DNA from: a virus | Reading direction: 5' to 3' (one strand) | Length of the DNA: 64,000 nt | Virus record (IMG/VR): IMGVR_UViG_3300027763_000027 | Coordinates: 64,001-128,000 of that record | In this document: in pieces, positions 40,788-50,318 of the stretch | Position numbering within the stretch: position 1 is the first letter of the stretch | Layout: each line of letters starts with the position of its first letter | Translations under genes and position numbers: made by a program | Notes under the pieces: model-generated | The model's input: the letters and a program-made list of their open reading frames with translations, nothing else | Databases searched by the model: none | What the model was told of the DNA's origin: nothing

Positions 40788-41032
40788 CATTACATCCTAA
40801 AATTAAAATGATTGCAGAGGAGTTTGGTGAATCCTATGAATGGATTGCTGGTGATGAGAGCTTGTTTATTAAGGTCGGTAATCATTTCATAGATATTGTA
40901 AAAGAAAGATTAAAAACTTGCAAGCTAGAACTTGTAGAAACTCAAGAAAAAAACGATCATACCTATCTTTGGTTTCGTTCTCCAGAGGAAAACGAACCAG
41001 TTTATGATTTTGAGGATGAGGATGAGGAATGA
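40784..41032 (+). CDS. Hypothetical protein
   Basis: ATGA-coupled ORF. Confidence 0.6.
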   Translation: MTLHPKIKMIAEEFGESYEWIAGDESLFIKVGNHFIDIVKERLKTCKLELVETQEKNDHTYLWFRSPEENEPVYDFEDEDEE

Positions 41033-41361
41033 ATATTTATGTTACTGGACATAATTGGCTTGCTAAAGTAGATATTAATACTAATTTAATAGATAAATCT
41101 GATTGGTACAATGAGGCTTGCACAAGAGCAATAGAAAGCGTTCTAGATCAAGAAGAAAAAGATGGAGTAGAATTAAAAATTCAAGATTATGATGATTTTG
41201 GTCTTGGAATTATTACCTTGACTTACGATGAAAAAGACATTAAAAATGAGGGAGAACATCGAGTAATGCTTACAAGTAATATTCTAGCCAACGCTGGGCG
41301 TTGGGAGCAATATAAATTCTTGAAGGATTATGAGGAAAAATGTAAGGAGCAAGGATTATGA
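41029..41361 (+). CDS. Hypothetical protein
   Basis: ATGA-coupled ORF. Confidence 0.65.
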   Translation: MNIYVTGHNWLAKVDINTNLIDKSDWYNEACTRAIESVLDQEEKDGVELKIQDYDDFGLGIITLTYDEKDIKNEGEHRVMLTSNILANAGRWEQYKFLKDYEEKCKEQGL

Positions 41362-41705
41362 AACATAAAATATTTTGGGAAAAGAATAGCAGAGTTAAGG
41401 GTGTTGTCCCATCTGCACAAATTATCAATAAAACATCCACGGATAAATTTCCTTGTGATGCAGTAACTATTCGTATGTATAATCTTAATGATAAAAACCC
41501 AACGGCAACCGCATATTTTTATGGGAAAGAAGCTCAAGGAAGCTCTTGGAATGGAAGCAATTATACTTATGCCGAAACTAAATTAATGGTTACCTTTGAT
41601 AAAGATAAAGAAGGTTATAGCTTTAATGGTGGAGCTAAATCATTCTCTTTACAAGACATTAAAGAAGTGTTAGATTCAGTAAGGGAAACATTAAACAAAT
41701 TATGA
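41358..41705 (+). CDS. Hypothetical protein
   Basis: ATGA-coupled ORF. Confidence 0.65.
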   Translation: MKHKIFWEKNSRVKGVVPSAQIINKTSTDKFPCDAVTIRMYNLNDKNPTATAYFYGKEAQGSSWNGSNYTYAETKLMVTFDKDKEGYSFNGGAKSFSLQDIKEVLDSVRETLNKL

Positions 41706-42376
41706 GTCAAAAACAAACATTTGAAGAATTGATGCGATCTTTTAGATTTCACAAGAATCCTATTTTAAACTGGTTTCTAGGTGAACTCAGTTATTACTCT
41801 CATACTTATCTTAATGTTAAGTGGGGATTAAAAAATAAACTTCAAAAATTAATTCGTGGATATTCTGATAGTGATTGCTGGAATCTTCCTCAATCTACTG
41901 CGAAGTTTATGCTTCCAAGAATCAAGCATCTTCGACAAAACTATCATAGCCTTGCTAATCGTCACCATTTAATTATTGATGATAAGATTGTTCCTTATGT
42001 TGGTAAAGAAGATGATTTTGTATTTAATACAACTCTTGGATGCCACATTGATAAAACAACTGGCTTGGAAATTTCCCTAGATCAAAAAGAATATGAATAT
42101 GTATTAGATGAAATTATTTTTGCACTCCAAACTATTGTTGATGAAGATGATATTAATGTAAGTCTAGAAGAAGTTTATGAGGTTTATCCAAAAGGATTTG
42201 ACCCAATTAAAGATAGACAAATGTTCTTGACTCGTCAAGAAGATGGCACAAGTTTGGTAGAATTTGAAACAAAGGACAATATTCAACCAGATTACTCAAA
42301 ATTAAATAAAGCCTATGAGCGTCAAAGAAATGGATTGATGCTCCTTGGCCTTTACTTTAAGGACTTATGGGATTAA
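41702..42376 (+). CDS. Conserved hypothetical phage protein
   Basis: RGYSDSDCWNL...ILDEIIFA-like segment...GLYFKDLWD ending typical of a phage family. Confidence 0.7.
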   Translation: MSQKQTFEELMRSFRFHKNPILNWFLGELSYYSHTYLNVKWGLKNKLQKLIRGYSDSDCWNLPQSTAKFMLPRIKHLRQNYHSLANRHHLIIDDKIVPYVGKEDDFVFNTTLGCHIDKTTGLEISLDQKEYEYVLDEIIFALQTIVDEDDINVSLEEVYEVYPKGFDPIKDRQMFLTRQEDGTSLVEFETKDNIQPDYSKLNKAYERQRNGLMLLGLYFKDLWD

Positions 42377-42485
42377 ATTATGAACAACGATAGAATACTA
42401 TTAGACATTAAAAGAAGTTTGGTTGATATATCTCAATCACTCTATAATTTATCACTTGATATTAACAAGATTACAAGGAAAATAA

Positions 42486-42731
42486 TTGAAGAAGATGAAA
42501 AAGAAGAAAAAAAGAATGACAAGCGAAGAATTTGAGAAAGCTATGAAAGCTCAAGGTAGATTGGTAAGCAAAGTCTACTATCGTATCACATTTAAAGGTG
42601 TGGGGCTTTATATTTTAAATTCATTTAAGTTTAAATTGTTTCCTAAATTTTTTTATATGAATGGTAAATACTTTACTGAATGTGGATTTAATTGGTTGGG
42701 ATGGATTTTTGAGTTTCAATGGAATAGATAA
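42486..42731 (+). CDS. Hypothetical protein
   Basis: ORF in operon; start uncertain. Confidence 0.5.
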   Translation: MKKMKKKKKRMTSEEFEKAMKAQGRLVSKVYYRITFKGVGLYILNSFKFKLFPKFFYMNGKYFTECGFNWLGWIFEFQWNR

Positions 42732-43033
42732 TGAAACCTAGATACGACTTTACTAAAGGAAAATTAATTTCATACGATGGTGAAATTATCGAGTTTGCTG
42801 GTTCAGCAGGAGTGGACAAGTATCCAGATCAAGTGCAAGAAATAATGGATTTATTTGATTTTAAAAAAGGCGAATACCTTGTGACTGATGAAAGCTCTGT
42901 TGGGGATTTTGAAAAACAGAATATGAATCCTAAAAAACTTGCAAAATTTAAGAAAAAATACGGATTCAGTTTGACAAATAAATCAAACATAAGTAAGATA
43001 GCTGAAAGGATGTATAACTTTAGACCATTTTAA
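42731..43033 (+). CDS. Hypothetical protein
   Basis: Coupled ORF. Confidence 0.6.
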   Translation: MKPRYDFTKGKLISYDGEIIEFAGSAGVDKYPDQVQEIMDLFDFKKGEYLVTDESSVGDFEKQNMNPKKLAKFKKKYGFSLTNKSNISKIAERMYNFRPF

Positions 43034-43039
43034 AAATGT

Positions 43040-43330
43040 ATGAAATACACAATAACATCGCAAGACAAAGAAGCACTAACTGAATTTGACCAGATAAAAG
43101 AAGGAGAAGTTTTTTCTTTCTTTGACCCCGAATCGGTTCAGCGAGGCAATCACGCAATCTATATGAAGATTAAAGTTCCTAATACAACAAGCGTAAATAT
43201 TCTAGATTTAGGAGATGGCAAGGCTTATGACTTTTCTAATAAAAAGCGTAACACACTAAATGACCCCGATGAGCAACAAGGCAATCGAGTTTATAAATTA
43301 AACGCAAAAATTAATATTGTTGTTTTATGA
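43040..43330 (+). CDS. Hypothetical protein
   Basis: ORF in operon. Confidence 0.6.
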   Translation: MKYTITSQDKEALTEFDQIKEGEVFSFFDPESVQRGNHAIYMKIKVPNTTSVNILDLGDGKAYDFSNKKRNTLNDPDEQQGNRVYKLNAKINIVVL

Positions 43331-43497
43331 GTAAAATCAAATATACATATTATATAGAGCAAGACAAGGATAAAGATGGAAACCTTGTGCAAGGTTGGTC
43401 AATTTATAAAACTCCATTAGTTAAAACTATTAAACTTAAAACATTTAAAAAGCTAAAAGATGCAGATACTTTTCTAGATAAATATGAAAGTAATTAG
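43327..43497 (+). CDS. Small hypothetical protein (below ORF-track cutoff)
   Basis: ATGA-coupled; MSKIKYTYYIEQDKD...KYESN*. Confidence 0.5.
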   Translation: MSKIKYTYYIEQDKDKDGNLVQGWSIYKTPLVKTIKLKTFKKLKDADTFLDKYESN

Positions 43498-43675
43498 ATA
43501 CATAAAACAATTAGAAGATGAGTTTGGAAATGACCTTGAATTATGGGGAGCTTACGAGGAAACTCGTAAAGACAATTACCCCAATGTTGATTTCATTGAT
43601 GCTAAATTGTTAAAAACCTTTCCAAGTCCTTATCACGCAAGGAATTGGATGGAAAATGATGGTAAGAACAATTAA
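43484..43675 (+). CDS. Hypothetical protein
   Basis: ORF in operon. Confidence 0.55.
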   Translation: MKVIRYIKQLEDEFGNDLELWGAYEETRKDNYPNVDFIDAKLLKTFPSPYHARNWMENDGKNN

Positions 43676-43713
43676 TTCTTTGACTTAAATTAAATTTAAA
43701 TTATATTTGAGTT

Positions 43714-44388
43714 ATGGATACAACTAAACCAGATCAGTTTTTCGCCAGCTTTAACGAGCTTCATAGTCACAAGGTAGAAGCCTATAAGCAGTATTGGGAA
43801 ACCCTTAAACCTTTAACCAATGAAGATATTTTTAGGCGTTATCTTTTTGCTTTCTGCTCGGTTCATACTACTTGGGAAGGCAACATCAAGGGTTATCTTG
43901 CTATTCGTGATTTTATTTATTGGAGATACAACCGCAAAGAATTGTTGAAGCGTCTTACTCGTTCTGGTGTTGGTTGTCAGAATGAACGCACAGATTATAT
44001 TTGGGATTTTGCAAAAGATTTCTGGCAGAATCCCAAAGACTTTGTTTGCTATAACAAGAAGCACTATATCAAGGTTCGTGATAGTCTTGTTGAGCGTATT
44101 CGTGGATTGAGCTATGCTAAAGTTAGCTTTGCTCTTGAGATGATTAATCCCAATCACACCAAAGTTGTATGCGGTGATGTTCACCATCTTCGATTCTATG
44201 GTATGGAGAATTTAAAATATACAAAGTCAAAGGTTGGTGCGTTAAAATATAAAGCGATGGAAAAGCATTGGATTGATAATTGCGATAAATTAGGTGTGCC
44301 ATCTTATATTGTTCGTTGCCTTATGTGGGACGATATTCAAAAACAAGCCGATAGTGATTATTGGGGATATGTTCTCAAGCCATTTTAA
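43714..44388 (+). CDS. HhH-type DNA glycosylase/AP-lyase-like protein
   Basis: RDSLVERIRGLSYAKVSFAL (HhH with Lys) and VVCGDVHHLR (catalytic Asp), resembling Ogg-type glycosylases. Confidence 0.65.
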   Translation: MDTTKPDQFFASFNELHSHKVEAYKQYWETLKPLTNEDIFRRYLFAFCSVHTTWEGNIKGYLAIRDFIYWRYNRKELLKRLTRSGVGCQNERTDYIWDFAKDFWQNPKDFVCYNKKHYIKVRDSLVERIRGLSYAKVSFALEMINPNHTKVVCGDVHHLRFYGMENLKYTKSKVGALKYKAMEKHWIDNCDKLGVPSYIVRCLMWDDIQKQADSDYWGYVLKPF

Positions 44389-44389
44389 T

Positions 44390-44587
44390 ATGAAAGCATC
44401 ATCTTATTTTACTGATGGAGAGATTGAATTAGCTATGGGAATCCTTGGAGATTTATTATCTAATAAAGATTTTTTAGATGAAATTTCAATATCTCACGAT
44501 GCTACCGATAAGTATTATAAATTAGTAGACAAGATAGATGTTTATTTTAATGATTTTAATTTACATAACGAAACTCCACAAGAATGA
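44390..44587 (+). CDS. Hypothetical protein
   Basis: ATG just after the previous stop. Confidence 0.55.
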   Translation: MKASSYFTDGEIELAMGILGDLLSNKDFLDEISISHDATDKYYKLVDKIDVYFNDFNLHNETPQE

Positions 44588-44814
44588 ACCTAGAAGATTT
44601 AATTGATCGTAAAATTCTTTACTTGAATTACCCTATCAATAAGTATTTAATTCAAGAGGGAAAAGTAACAGAAATTTCTCCCGCCAAAAAATGTATTAAA
44701 ATAAATGCTGATTGGCATTTGAAGGATAACATTCGTATCATAGAATTATTTAGCGAAGATGAAAGGCCAAAGTTAGGATTTGGTTTGACAAAAAATGAAA
44801 AACAAGCAAAATAA
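44584..44814 (+). CDS. Hypothetical protein
   Basis: ATGA-coupled ORF. Confidence 0.55.
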   Translation: MNLEDLIDRKILYLNYPINKYLIQEGKVTEISPAKKCIKINADWHLKDNIRIIELFSEDERPKLGFGLTKNEKQAK

Positions 44815-44818
44815 AGAT

Positions 44819-44959
44819 ATGGAAAAAGCAATTAAACTTTTAGAGGAGCTTGTTAATCAAGCTGACGAAGATTGTCCTCAAGATTGTAGAACAATGCACT
44901 TCACTAATGCTCTTGAGGAAGCTAGTGAATTTATAATGGAGTATAAAAACACAAAATGA
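44819..44959 (+). CDS. Small hypothetical protein (below ORF-track cutoff)
   Basis: MEKAIKLLEELVNQADEDCP...; TTGACA upstream; ATGA-coupled to next gene. Confidence 0.5.
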   Translation: MEKAIKLLEELVNQADEDCPQDCRTMHFTNALEEASEFIMEYKNTK

Positions 44960-45165
44960 AAATGGGACGAGTTTGTTTGGATTTAAATTATATTGTAGAT
45001 ATGGACAATCAAGAAATGGTTGAACGAGCTATTGAATGTCTTTATGAAGATTTGATGCAAGGCGTAAAATATGGTAACATCACTAACTGGATTGATGTTA
45101 TCGAAGATAAAAACGCAAAAAAAAATATGATTCCAGAGTTCTTATTGGAGAAAGAGAATGACTAA
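44956..45165 (+). CDS. Hypothetical protein
   Basis: Coupled ORF. Confidence 0.55.
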   Translation: MKMGRVCLDLNYIVDMDNQEMVERAIECLYEDLMQGVKYGNITNWIDVIEDKNAKKNMIPEFLLEKEND

Positions 45166-45349
45166 TCCAAGATCAAAGATTCTATCAGACCTTAAAAGAG
45201 CATATCTCAAAGAACATTCTATAACTCTTGTGGATAGGATTCTTGGTTATTTAAATAATCTAACAGATTTTCAACTTTGTCAATTATATTCTGAAAAGTA
45301 TGAAACTAACCCAAAATATATAGCAGAGCAGTTTGAGTTTAAATTTTAA
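45158..45349 (+). CDS. Hypothetical protein
   Basis: Coupled ORF. Confidence 0.55.
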   Translation: MTNPRSKILSDLKRAYLKEHSITLVDRILGYLNNLTDFQLCQLYSEKYETNPKYIAEQFEFKF

Positions 45350-45367
45350 TATTTAATTAGAATTACT

Positions 45368-46108
45368 ATGATTTATATAGCGTATAGGGGAAGATTAGGC
45401 AATAGATTAATTCAATATTGTTTAGCGAGAATACTTTCCAAAAAATTCAACGAACAAATTTCGCATCCCGAAATAAAATTTTTCAAACCACGATATATAA
45501 CAAATTATAAAATTCATAAAAAAAATATTTTAGTTGATGATAATAATTTTTTAGAGATTTTACAATTAGAAAATTTAGAACCAGCAAATCTTGTTTTAAG
45601 TGGATATTTTCAAGATAAGTTGTTTTTATCAGAATATCGTAAAGAAATATTACAATTAATTAAATTTACTTGGGAAGAAAAAGAGGGTATATTTATACAT
45701 TATAGGCTAGGGGATTGTTTGACCAACAATAACGGAAGTATAAGGCTAATTCCAGCCCAAGAATATTATATGTATTGTTTAGATGAAATTTTAAAAACCT
45801 CAAATCAACAAGTTTATATATCTAGCGATTCGCCAAACCACGATAGAGTTACAAGTTTAAGCAAAAAATATAAAGCAAATATAATTAATTTTGAAAACCC
45901 GATAATCGCTATGTTTTATGGTTCTCAATTTAAAAATAAAATTTTAAGTTTAGGAACTTTTAGTTGGTGGATTGGTTTCTTGGGTAATCAAAACAATATA
46001 TATTATCCCGATGGTAAAGAATGTGGATATAACAGAAATATATTTAACCTAGAAGAATGGAAGTCTGTAAAAAGAAAAAAATATTTATTGAAAAAAGAAC
46101 AAAATTAG
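45368..46108 (+). CDS. GT11 alpha-1,2-fucosyltransferase-like protein
   Basis: GRLGNRLIQY, GYFQ, IHYRLGD, ISSDS, GTFSWWIGFLG. Confidence 0.85.
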   Translation: MIYIAYRGRLGNRLIQYCLARILSKKFNEQISHPEIKFFKPRYITNYKIHKKNILVDDNNFLEILQLENLEPANLVLSGYFQDKLFLSEYRKEILQLIKFTWEEKEGIFIHYRLGDCLTNNNGSIRLIPAQEYYMYCLDEILKTSNQQVYISSDSPNHDRVTSLSKKYKANIINFENPIIAMFYGSQFKNKILSLGTFSWWIGFLGNQNNIYYPDGKECGYNRNIFNLEEWKSVKRKKYLLKKEQN

Positions 46109-46123
46109 AATATTATATATTAT

Positions 46124-46312
46124 ATGGAAGAAGAAGTTAAAGCGATTCGCACAATAAAAGAGTTTATCTCTTGGTATGAAGCAAAAGAAAATATTAATAC
46201 TGAACAGAGTTTGCAGGGAGATTTAGAGCTTCACAAGTTTTATATTAAATTTAAATACATTCTTGAACAAGAAAAAGAAGAAAACAAAAGAATGGGTAAT
46301 TTTTTAGGATAA
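46124..46312 (+). CDS. Hypothetical protein
   Basis: ORF with promoter-like upstream sequence. Confidence 0.55.
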   Translation: MEEEVKAIRTIKEFISWYEAKENINTEQSLQGDLELHKFYIKFKYILEQEKEENKRMGNFLG

Positions 46313-46316
46313 ATCC

Positions 46317-46499
46317 TTGAAAGATCAAACCACATTAGTTAGCAGAGTAAATAAAGAGCTTCAAGAGCTAGAGAATGATATTACAGCTTTAGTTGAATGG
46401 CACGATAACAACTATAAAGATATTTCTGGAATCAAATGGCAAGAATTAGACGAGGCTCAACTCCTTGTTCAAAAAATTAAAAAATATATAAAAAAATAA
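46317..46499 (+). CDS. Hypothetical protein
   Basis: Helical small ORF. Confidence 0.5.
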   Translation: MKDQTTLVSRVNKELQELENDITALVEWHDNNYKDISGIKWQELDEAQLLVQKIKKYIKK

Positions 46500-46538
46500 T
46501 ACTTGCTTCTGTATTAAAATACAAGTATAAGTTTATAT

Positions 46539-46835
46539 ATGGCAACCGCAAAAATTACTAAAACAAGGAAATCAATAAAATCATTTATTGAAATGAATTA
46601 TAGTGATTATGCAGACAAGATTCTTCTTGCAGATGGATTCGATAATTGTCTCATAGGTTTTACGCCTAATGATAAAGGGAATCCAGTAGCAGTTTATGAT
46701 AAGTGGAAAATGATTAAACAATTATCTAAAGACTTGAAAAGTGATGATGGTGAAGCTCTTGAGTATTTTGAATTTAATATTGAAGGTGCTTATGTGGGAG
46801 AATTTACTCCTAAATATTTGGATAAATATGAATAA
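46539..46835 (+). CDS. Conserved hypothetical phage protein
   Basis: ADGFDNCLIG...AVYD...ALEYFEFNIEGAYVGEFTP. Confidence 0.75.
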   Translation: MATAKITKTRKSIKSFIEMNYSDYADKILLADGFDNCLIGFTPNDKGNPVAVYDKWKMIKQLSKDLKSDDGEALEYFEFNIEGAYVGEFTPKYLDKYE

Positions 46836-47157
46836 AAAAATTAATTGGGTTAATCTAGTTTCTTCTTACGCATTATTTTCTTTTGGTTATAGTGCGGTTA
46901 TTTATATTATCTGGAATTATCTTTTCGCACCAGTTTTTGATAATTTGACTTTATCTTATTTACAAATTATTGGTGCTTATACGATTTGTAGAATTTTATT
47001 TGGTAATACTAACACAAATTATATTAGTAATTTTTATAGTCCACCAACTCCAGACCTAGATAAGATTGATGGCTACTTAAAAGAAATACAAGCAGATTTA
47101 GACAAAGAAGCAGACGAAGTTGAAAGACAATACGAAGATTTAGATAAAAAAGATTAG
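46828..47157 (+). CDS. Two-TM membrane protein
   Basis: Hydrophobic segments around IWNYLFAPVF...LSYLQ. Confidence 0.6.
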   Translation: MNKKINWVNLVSSYALFSFGYSAVIYIIWNYLFAPVFDNLTLSYLQIIGAYTICRILFGNTNTNYISNFYSPPTPDLDKIDGYLKEIQADLDKEADEVERQYEDLDKKD

Positions 47158-47158
47158 T

Positions 47159-47572
47159 ATGAACTTCAATAAGATTATTGAGGTTACTTATGCCTTGATT
47201 AATAAGCATAATGCAGATTTAAGATGCCGACATTTTTCTTTTATTCTTGACCGCAATCGTATTATTAGTATTGGAATGAACTCTACCAAGACTCATCCAA
47301 TGAATTTAAAATACAATTATGTAAATAAAAATAAAGAAAAGATTAGCAATATTGTTGGAACTCATAGCGAATTAAATGCAGTTATTAAACTTGGAGAGGA
47401 AGATTGTTCTAAATTAACCCTAGTTAATACTAGAATCAATAGAAATAATGTCTTAGATAATTCTTCTCCTTGCTCTGGATGTGCTGATATGATTAATCAG
47501 TTAAATTTTAAAAATGTATATTTTAGTAATCTTAAAGGTGGATTTGATAAATTTAATTTGACAAATAGTTAA
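47159..47572 (+). CDS. Cytidine/deoxycytidylate deaminase-like zinc protein
   Basis: ISIGMN, THP, HSELNA, PCSGC. Confidence 0.8.
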   Translation: MNFNKIIEVTYALINKHNADLRCRHFSFILDRNRIISIGMNSTKTHPMNLKYNYVNKNKEKISNIVGTHSELNAVIKLGEEDCSKLTLVNTRINRNNVLDNSSPCSGCADMINQLNFKNVYFSNLKGGFDKFNLTNS

Positions 47573-47594
47573 AATATATATAATATTAATCATT

Positions 47595-47771
47595 ATGGCA
47601 AACAGACCCAAAACATACTTTGTTAAAATGACAGACAACATTAATGGAACATTTACCATTAGTGAGGCAAAGGTTCTTGATAAGGTTAATCAACACACTC
47701 GTCATTGGCGTTCCTTTGATAAGCGTAAATTGACTAGCAAGCTCCGAGTTGCTGACATTCTTACAAAGTAA
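47595..47771 (+). CDS. Small hypothetical protein (below ORF-track cutoff)
   Basis: MANRPKTYFVKMTD...ILTK*; TTGACA-N17-TAATAT upstream; hairpin 47791-47813 downstream. Confidence 0.6.
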   Translation: MANRPKTYFVKMTDNINGTFTISEAKVLDKVNQHTRHWRSFDKRKLTSKLRVADILTK

Positions 47772-47936
47772 TACTATTATAGGATACATTCATAGGGATT
47801 AAATGCCCCTATGGGTGTAATCTATATTATTATGAAGTCTATAAATCATAAGGAATTATTTAGTCGCTAGAAGAAGTTAATCTAGCTTGACATTTTAATC
47901 AATTTAAATTAATCTCAAATAAGTCGAGGACAAGTT

Positions 47937-48404
47937 ATGAAAATACTATGTAGAATATCCGTTTTGTTGTTAGCCTCTTGTATATTATTCAAGAGCGAAA
48001 TAACATCATCTTCAAAGAAACCTATTATCTTTAATAAAGATCAAATGGTTGATAATTTTATTAAAACTAATACTCCCAAGAAAGAAATCAAGGTTCGCTT
48101 AACTGCTTATTGGGCAAGAGGTTCTGATACGGATTCTTGGAGTGCAAAGAGACAAAGCTCTACTGGTGCGACTCTTAAACCTAATAAGAGCGTTGCAGTA
48201 GACCCTAGAATTATACCTTACTTCTCAAGACTTTATATTCCTAATCTTGGATTTAGATTTGCTCACGATACTGGCACAGATGTTATTAGAAAGAAAGCTA
48301 GTCACGGCAAGTATCCAGTTGTTGATATTTTCTTTATGACAGAAAAAGAAGCTATGAGGTTTGTTAATAATAATCCTAAAATAGTTAAAGTTGCTGTATA
48401 TTAA
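47937..48404 (+). CDS. 3D-domain (MltA-like) cell-wall enzyme with N-terminal signal/anchor
   Basis: LTAYW, VAVDPRIIP, AHDTG, VDIF (three conserved Asp). Confidence 0.85.
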   Translation: MKILCRISVLLLASCILFKSEITSSSKKPIIFNKDQMVDNFIKTNTPKKEIKVRLTAYWARGSDTDSWSAKRQSSTGATLKPNKSVAVDPRIIPYFSRLYIPNLGFRFAHDTGTDVIRKKASHGKYPVVDIFFMTEKEAMRFVNNNPKIVKVAVY

Positions 48405-48405
48405 A

Positions 48406-48780
48406 ATGATTATTGATGATAGCGTAACTTTTTTTGGTGTTTATTTTTATAACTGCACATTAAACTTAAATACCATAAAAGCATTACAAAAGATAATGGA
48501 TAATTACAAATACAACAATTTAATTCTTTGTCAAAAAGATCAGTTTGGTGGGTATCTTTTGACTCATAATGTATTTAATGATAAGAAAATGAGAGATGTG
48601 CAAAGTCATTATTTTAAAACAAAAGATTCTTTAAAGCAATCATATAAAGATATGCTTAATAAATTTTCTAATATAGAAAAAACTTTTTATTTGATTTGTT
48701 CTGAATATAATGATATAAATGAAACAGAAGGTTTATTATCAAAATGGAGAGAAGGAATCCAAGAAGCGTGTAATACATAA
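48406..48780 (+). CDS. Hypothetical protein
   Basis: ORF in operon. Confidence 0.55.
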   Translation: MIIDDSVTFFGVYFYNCTLNLNTIKALQKIMDNYKYNNLILCQKDQFGGYLLTHNVFNDKKMRDVQSHYFKTKDSLKQSYKDMLNKFSNIEKTFYLICSEYNDINETEGLLSKWREGIQEACNT

Positions 48781-48781
48781 T

Positions 48782-48991
48782 ATGCCTTCTAAAGAGAAAA
48801 AAATGACACTTTTAACAGATCATTTAGAAAGTTTAAATTATTGGAGAGATCAATTATTGGGTTTAGAGAAATCGTATTATAGTAAAGACCCCGAAAAAGA
48901 AAGAACTTGCCGTAATATGATTAATAAATATTTAGATGATGTTTTAGATCATAATAAAAAAATCAAGGAAAAGTCTAAAAACAAGGTGTAA
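48782..48991 (+). CDS. Hypothetical protein
   Basis: GTGTAA-N8-ATG at 48768-48784 suggests this start. Confidence 0.55.
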   Translation: MPSKEKKMTLLTDHLESLNYWRDQLLGLEKSYYSKDPEKERTCRNMINKYLDDVLDHNKKIKEKSKNKV

Positions 48992-49069
48992 TAGTTGATA
49001 GAACAAATTTATGGAAATCGCAATTTTATCAGCTTGTTTTATTTTAGGTGGAATTTTTGGAGTCCGTAT

Positions 49070-49300
49070 ATGAACTGGCTTACCGACCTTTATTGGAATA
49101 TTCGTCTTAAAATTGAAGATAAAATTTATGAATGGCAATCTAATCGTGAATTAGCTAGACTTGAAAAAGAAGATGTTGCTTTTGCTGATGAAGATAATAA
49201 CGAAATTATAGCTAGTTGGGAAGATGAAGAAGTAGAAGTTAAACCAAAGAAAAAGAAAGCCAAAAAGAAAAGTGTTAAGAAAGTTAAAAAAAGTAATTAA
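49070..49300 (+). CDS. Hypothetical protein with Lys-rich tail
   Basis: MNWLTDLYW...KPKKKKAKKKSVKKVKKSN. Confidence 0.55.
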   Translation: MNWLTDLYWNIRLKIEDKIYEWQSNRELARLEKEDVAFADEDNNEIIASWEDEEVEVKPKKKKAKKKSVKKVKKSN

Positions 49301-49475
49301 TTTTATTTTAAACCTCAAATTAGAGTGTGGTTGTAGAGGTTGTAAGCCAAGGTATAAAGCACCAGTCAAGAAAAAATGCGATGGAAAATGTGTTTCTTGT
49401 AAATGTAAAAAAGATTAAAAGATTCATTTAAAATTTTCTTGCTTTTTTATTAAATTCTTTGTATAAAAGAGGACT

Positions 49476-49673
49476 ATGGCATTAACAAAACAAGACTTAA
49501 AAGAAATCAGAGCATTTCAAGCTAATCTAAAAAACTCTGGTATGAATCCTTGGGGTAATCTCAAGCGTGGTAAAGATATGAAAGTGACAAATATGGGCAG
49601 ACCCAAGAGGGCTATCTACAATAAAGAAGATGTGAACGAACAGCCCAAAGAAGAAAAGTTTAAAAATAAATAA
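49476..49673 (+). CDS. Small basic protein
   Basis: TTGCTT-N17-TATAAA promoter upstream; GRPKR motif. Confidence 0.6.
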   Translation: MALTKQDLKEIRAFQANLKNSGMNPWGNLKRGKDMKVTNMGRPKRAIYNKEDVNEQPKEEKFKNK

Positions 49674-49715
49674 TATATATTGACATTATCTCAAATATAT
49701 ACTAATATTAACATT

Positions 49716-49877
49716 ATGAATACAACTCAAACTCAATATACTTGGCAAGTCAAAGCTACGACTGGTCAGCTTGTTGTTGCTCCCAAGAGTTACCCAACTC
49801 TCCGTGGTGCAAAGATCGCTAGTAAGCGATTTGCCAACAAGACTGGTGGTGCGGTAGTTTCTGTCTCGGTCAAGTAA
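49716..49877 (+). CDS. Small basic protein
   Basis: TTGACA promoter at 49680; MNTTQTQYTWQVK... Confidence 0.6.
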   Translation: MNTTQTQYTWQVKATTGQLVVAPKSYPTLRGAKIASKRFANKTGGAVVSVSVK

Positions 49878-49881
49878 TGTA

Positions 49882-49919
49882 ATGGTAGGATAGATGGTTC
49901 AATCCCACTATCCTATCAT
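49882..49919 (+). terminator. Strong hairpin after small gene (terminator or stabiliser)
   Basis: ATGGTAGGATAG pairs with CTATCCTATCAT (12 bp, one G-U); loop region TGGTTCAATCCCA. Confidence 0.55.
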
Positions 49920-50063
49920 ATAATTTTATGTGGACTCCAGTAGAAATTTTTCTTTTAACATTACTTTTGAATCATTCGCCAACAAAAAGCGAAAGACTTT
50001 CAGTAAAAGAAGTTATTCAAAATCGTGAAGCTCAATTAGTAATAGAAAGCGTATCGTTAAGAA

Positions 50064-50288
50064 ATGACTTTCAGTATTAAAAGAATAATAGGTTTTGTAT
50101 TATATTGTTTATTTTGGATACTTTTGGCATACTTGTTTATTGGTTGTGTAAATACATCCTATAAGACGATTCCTAGTGCGATGAGTGAAGATGCTCAAGA
50201 TTATCCTACAAAATATAATATGATGGATAGTCAAGATGGTCGCAGAAATCCTAATGCTCAAGTAAATATTTTTGGTGCGACCTATTGA
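50064..50288 (+). CDS. Putative lipoprotein/membrane protein
   Basis: Hydrophobic N terminus ending LFIGC. Confidence 0.55.
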   Translation: MTFSIKRIIGFVLYCLFWILLAYLFIGCVNTSYKTIPSAMSEDAQDYPTKYNMMDSQDGRRNPNAQVNIFGATY

Positions 50289-50318
50289 CGATTTTTAAAT
50301 TTGCAGTATATTGAATAT

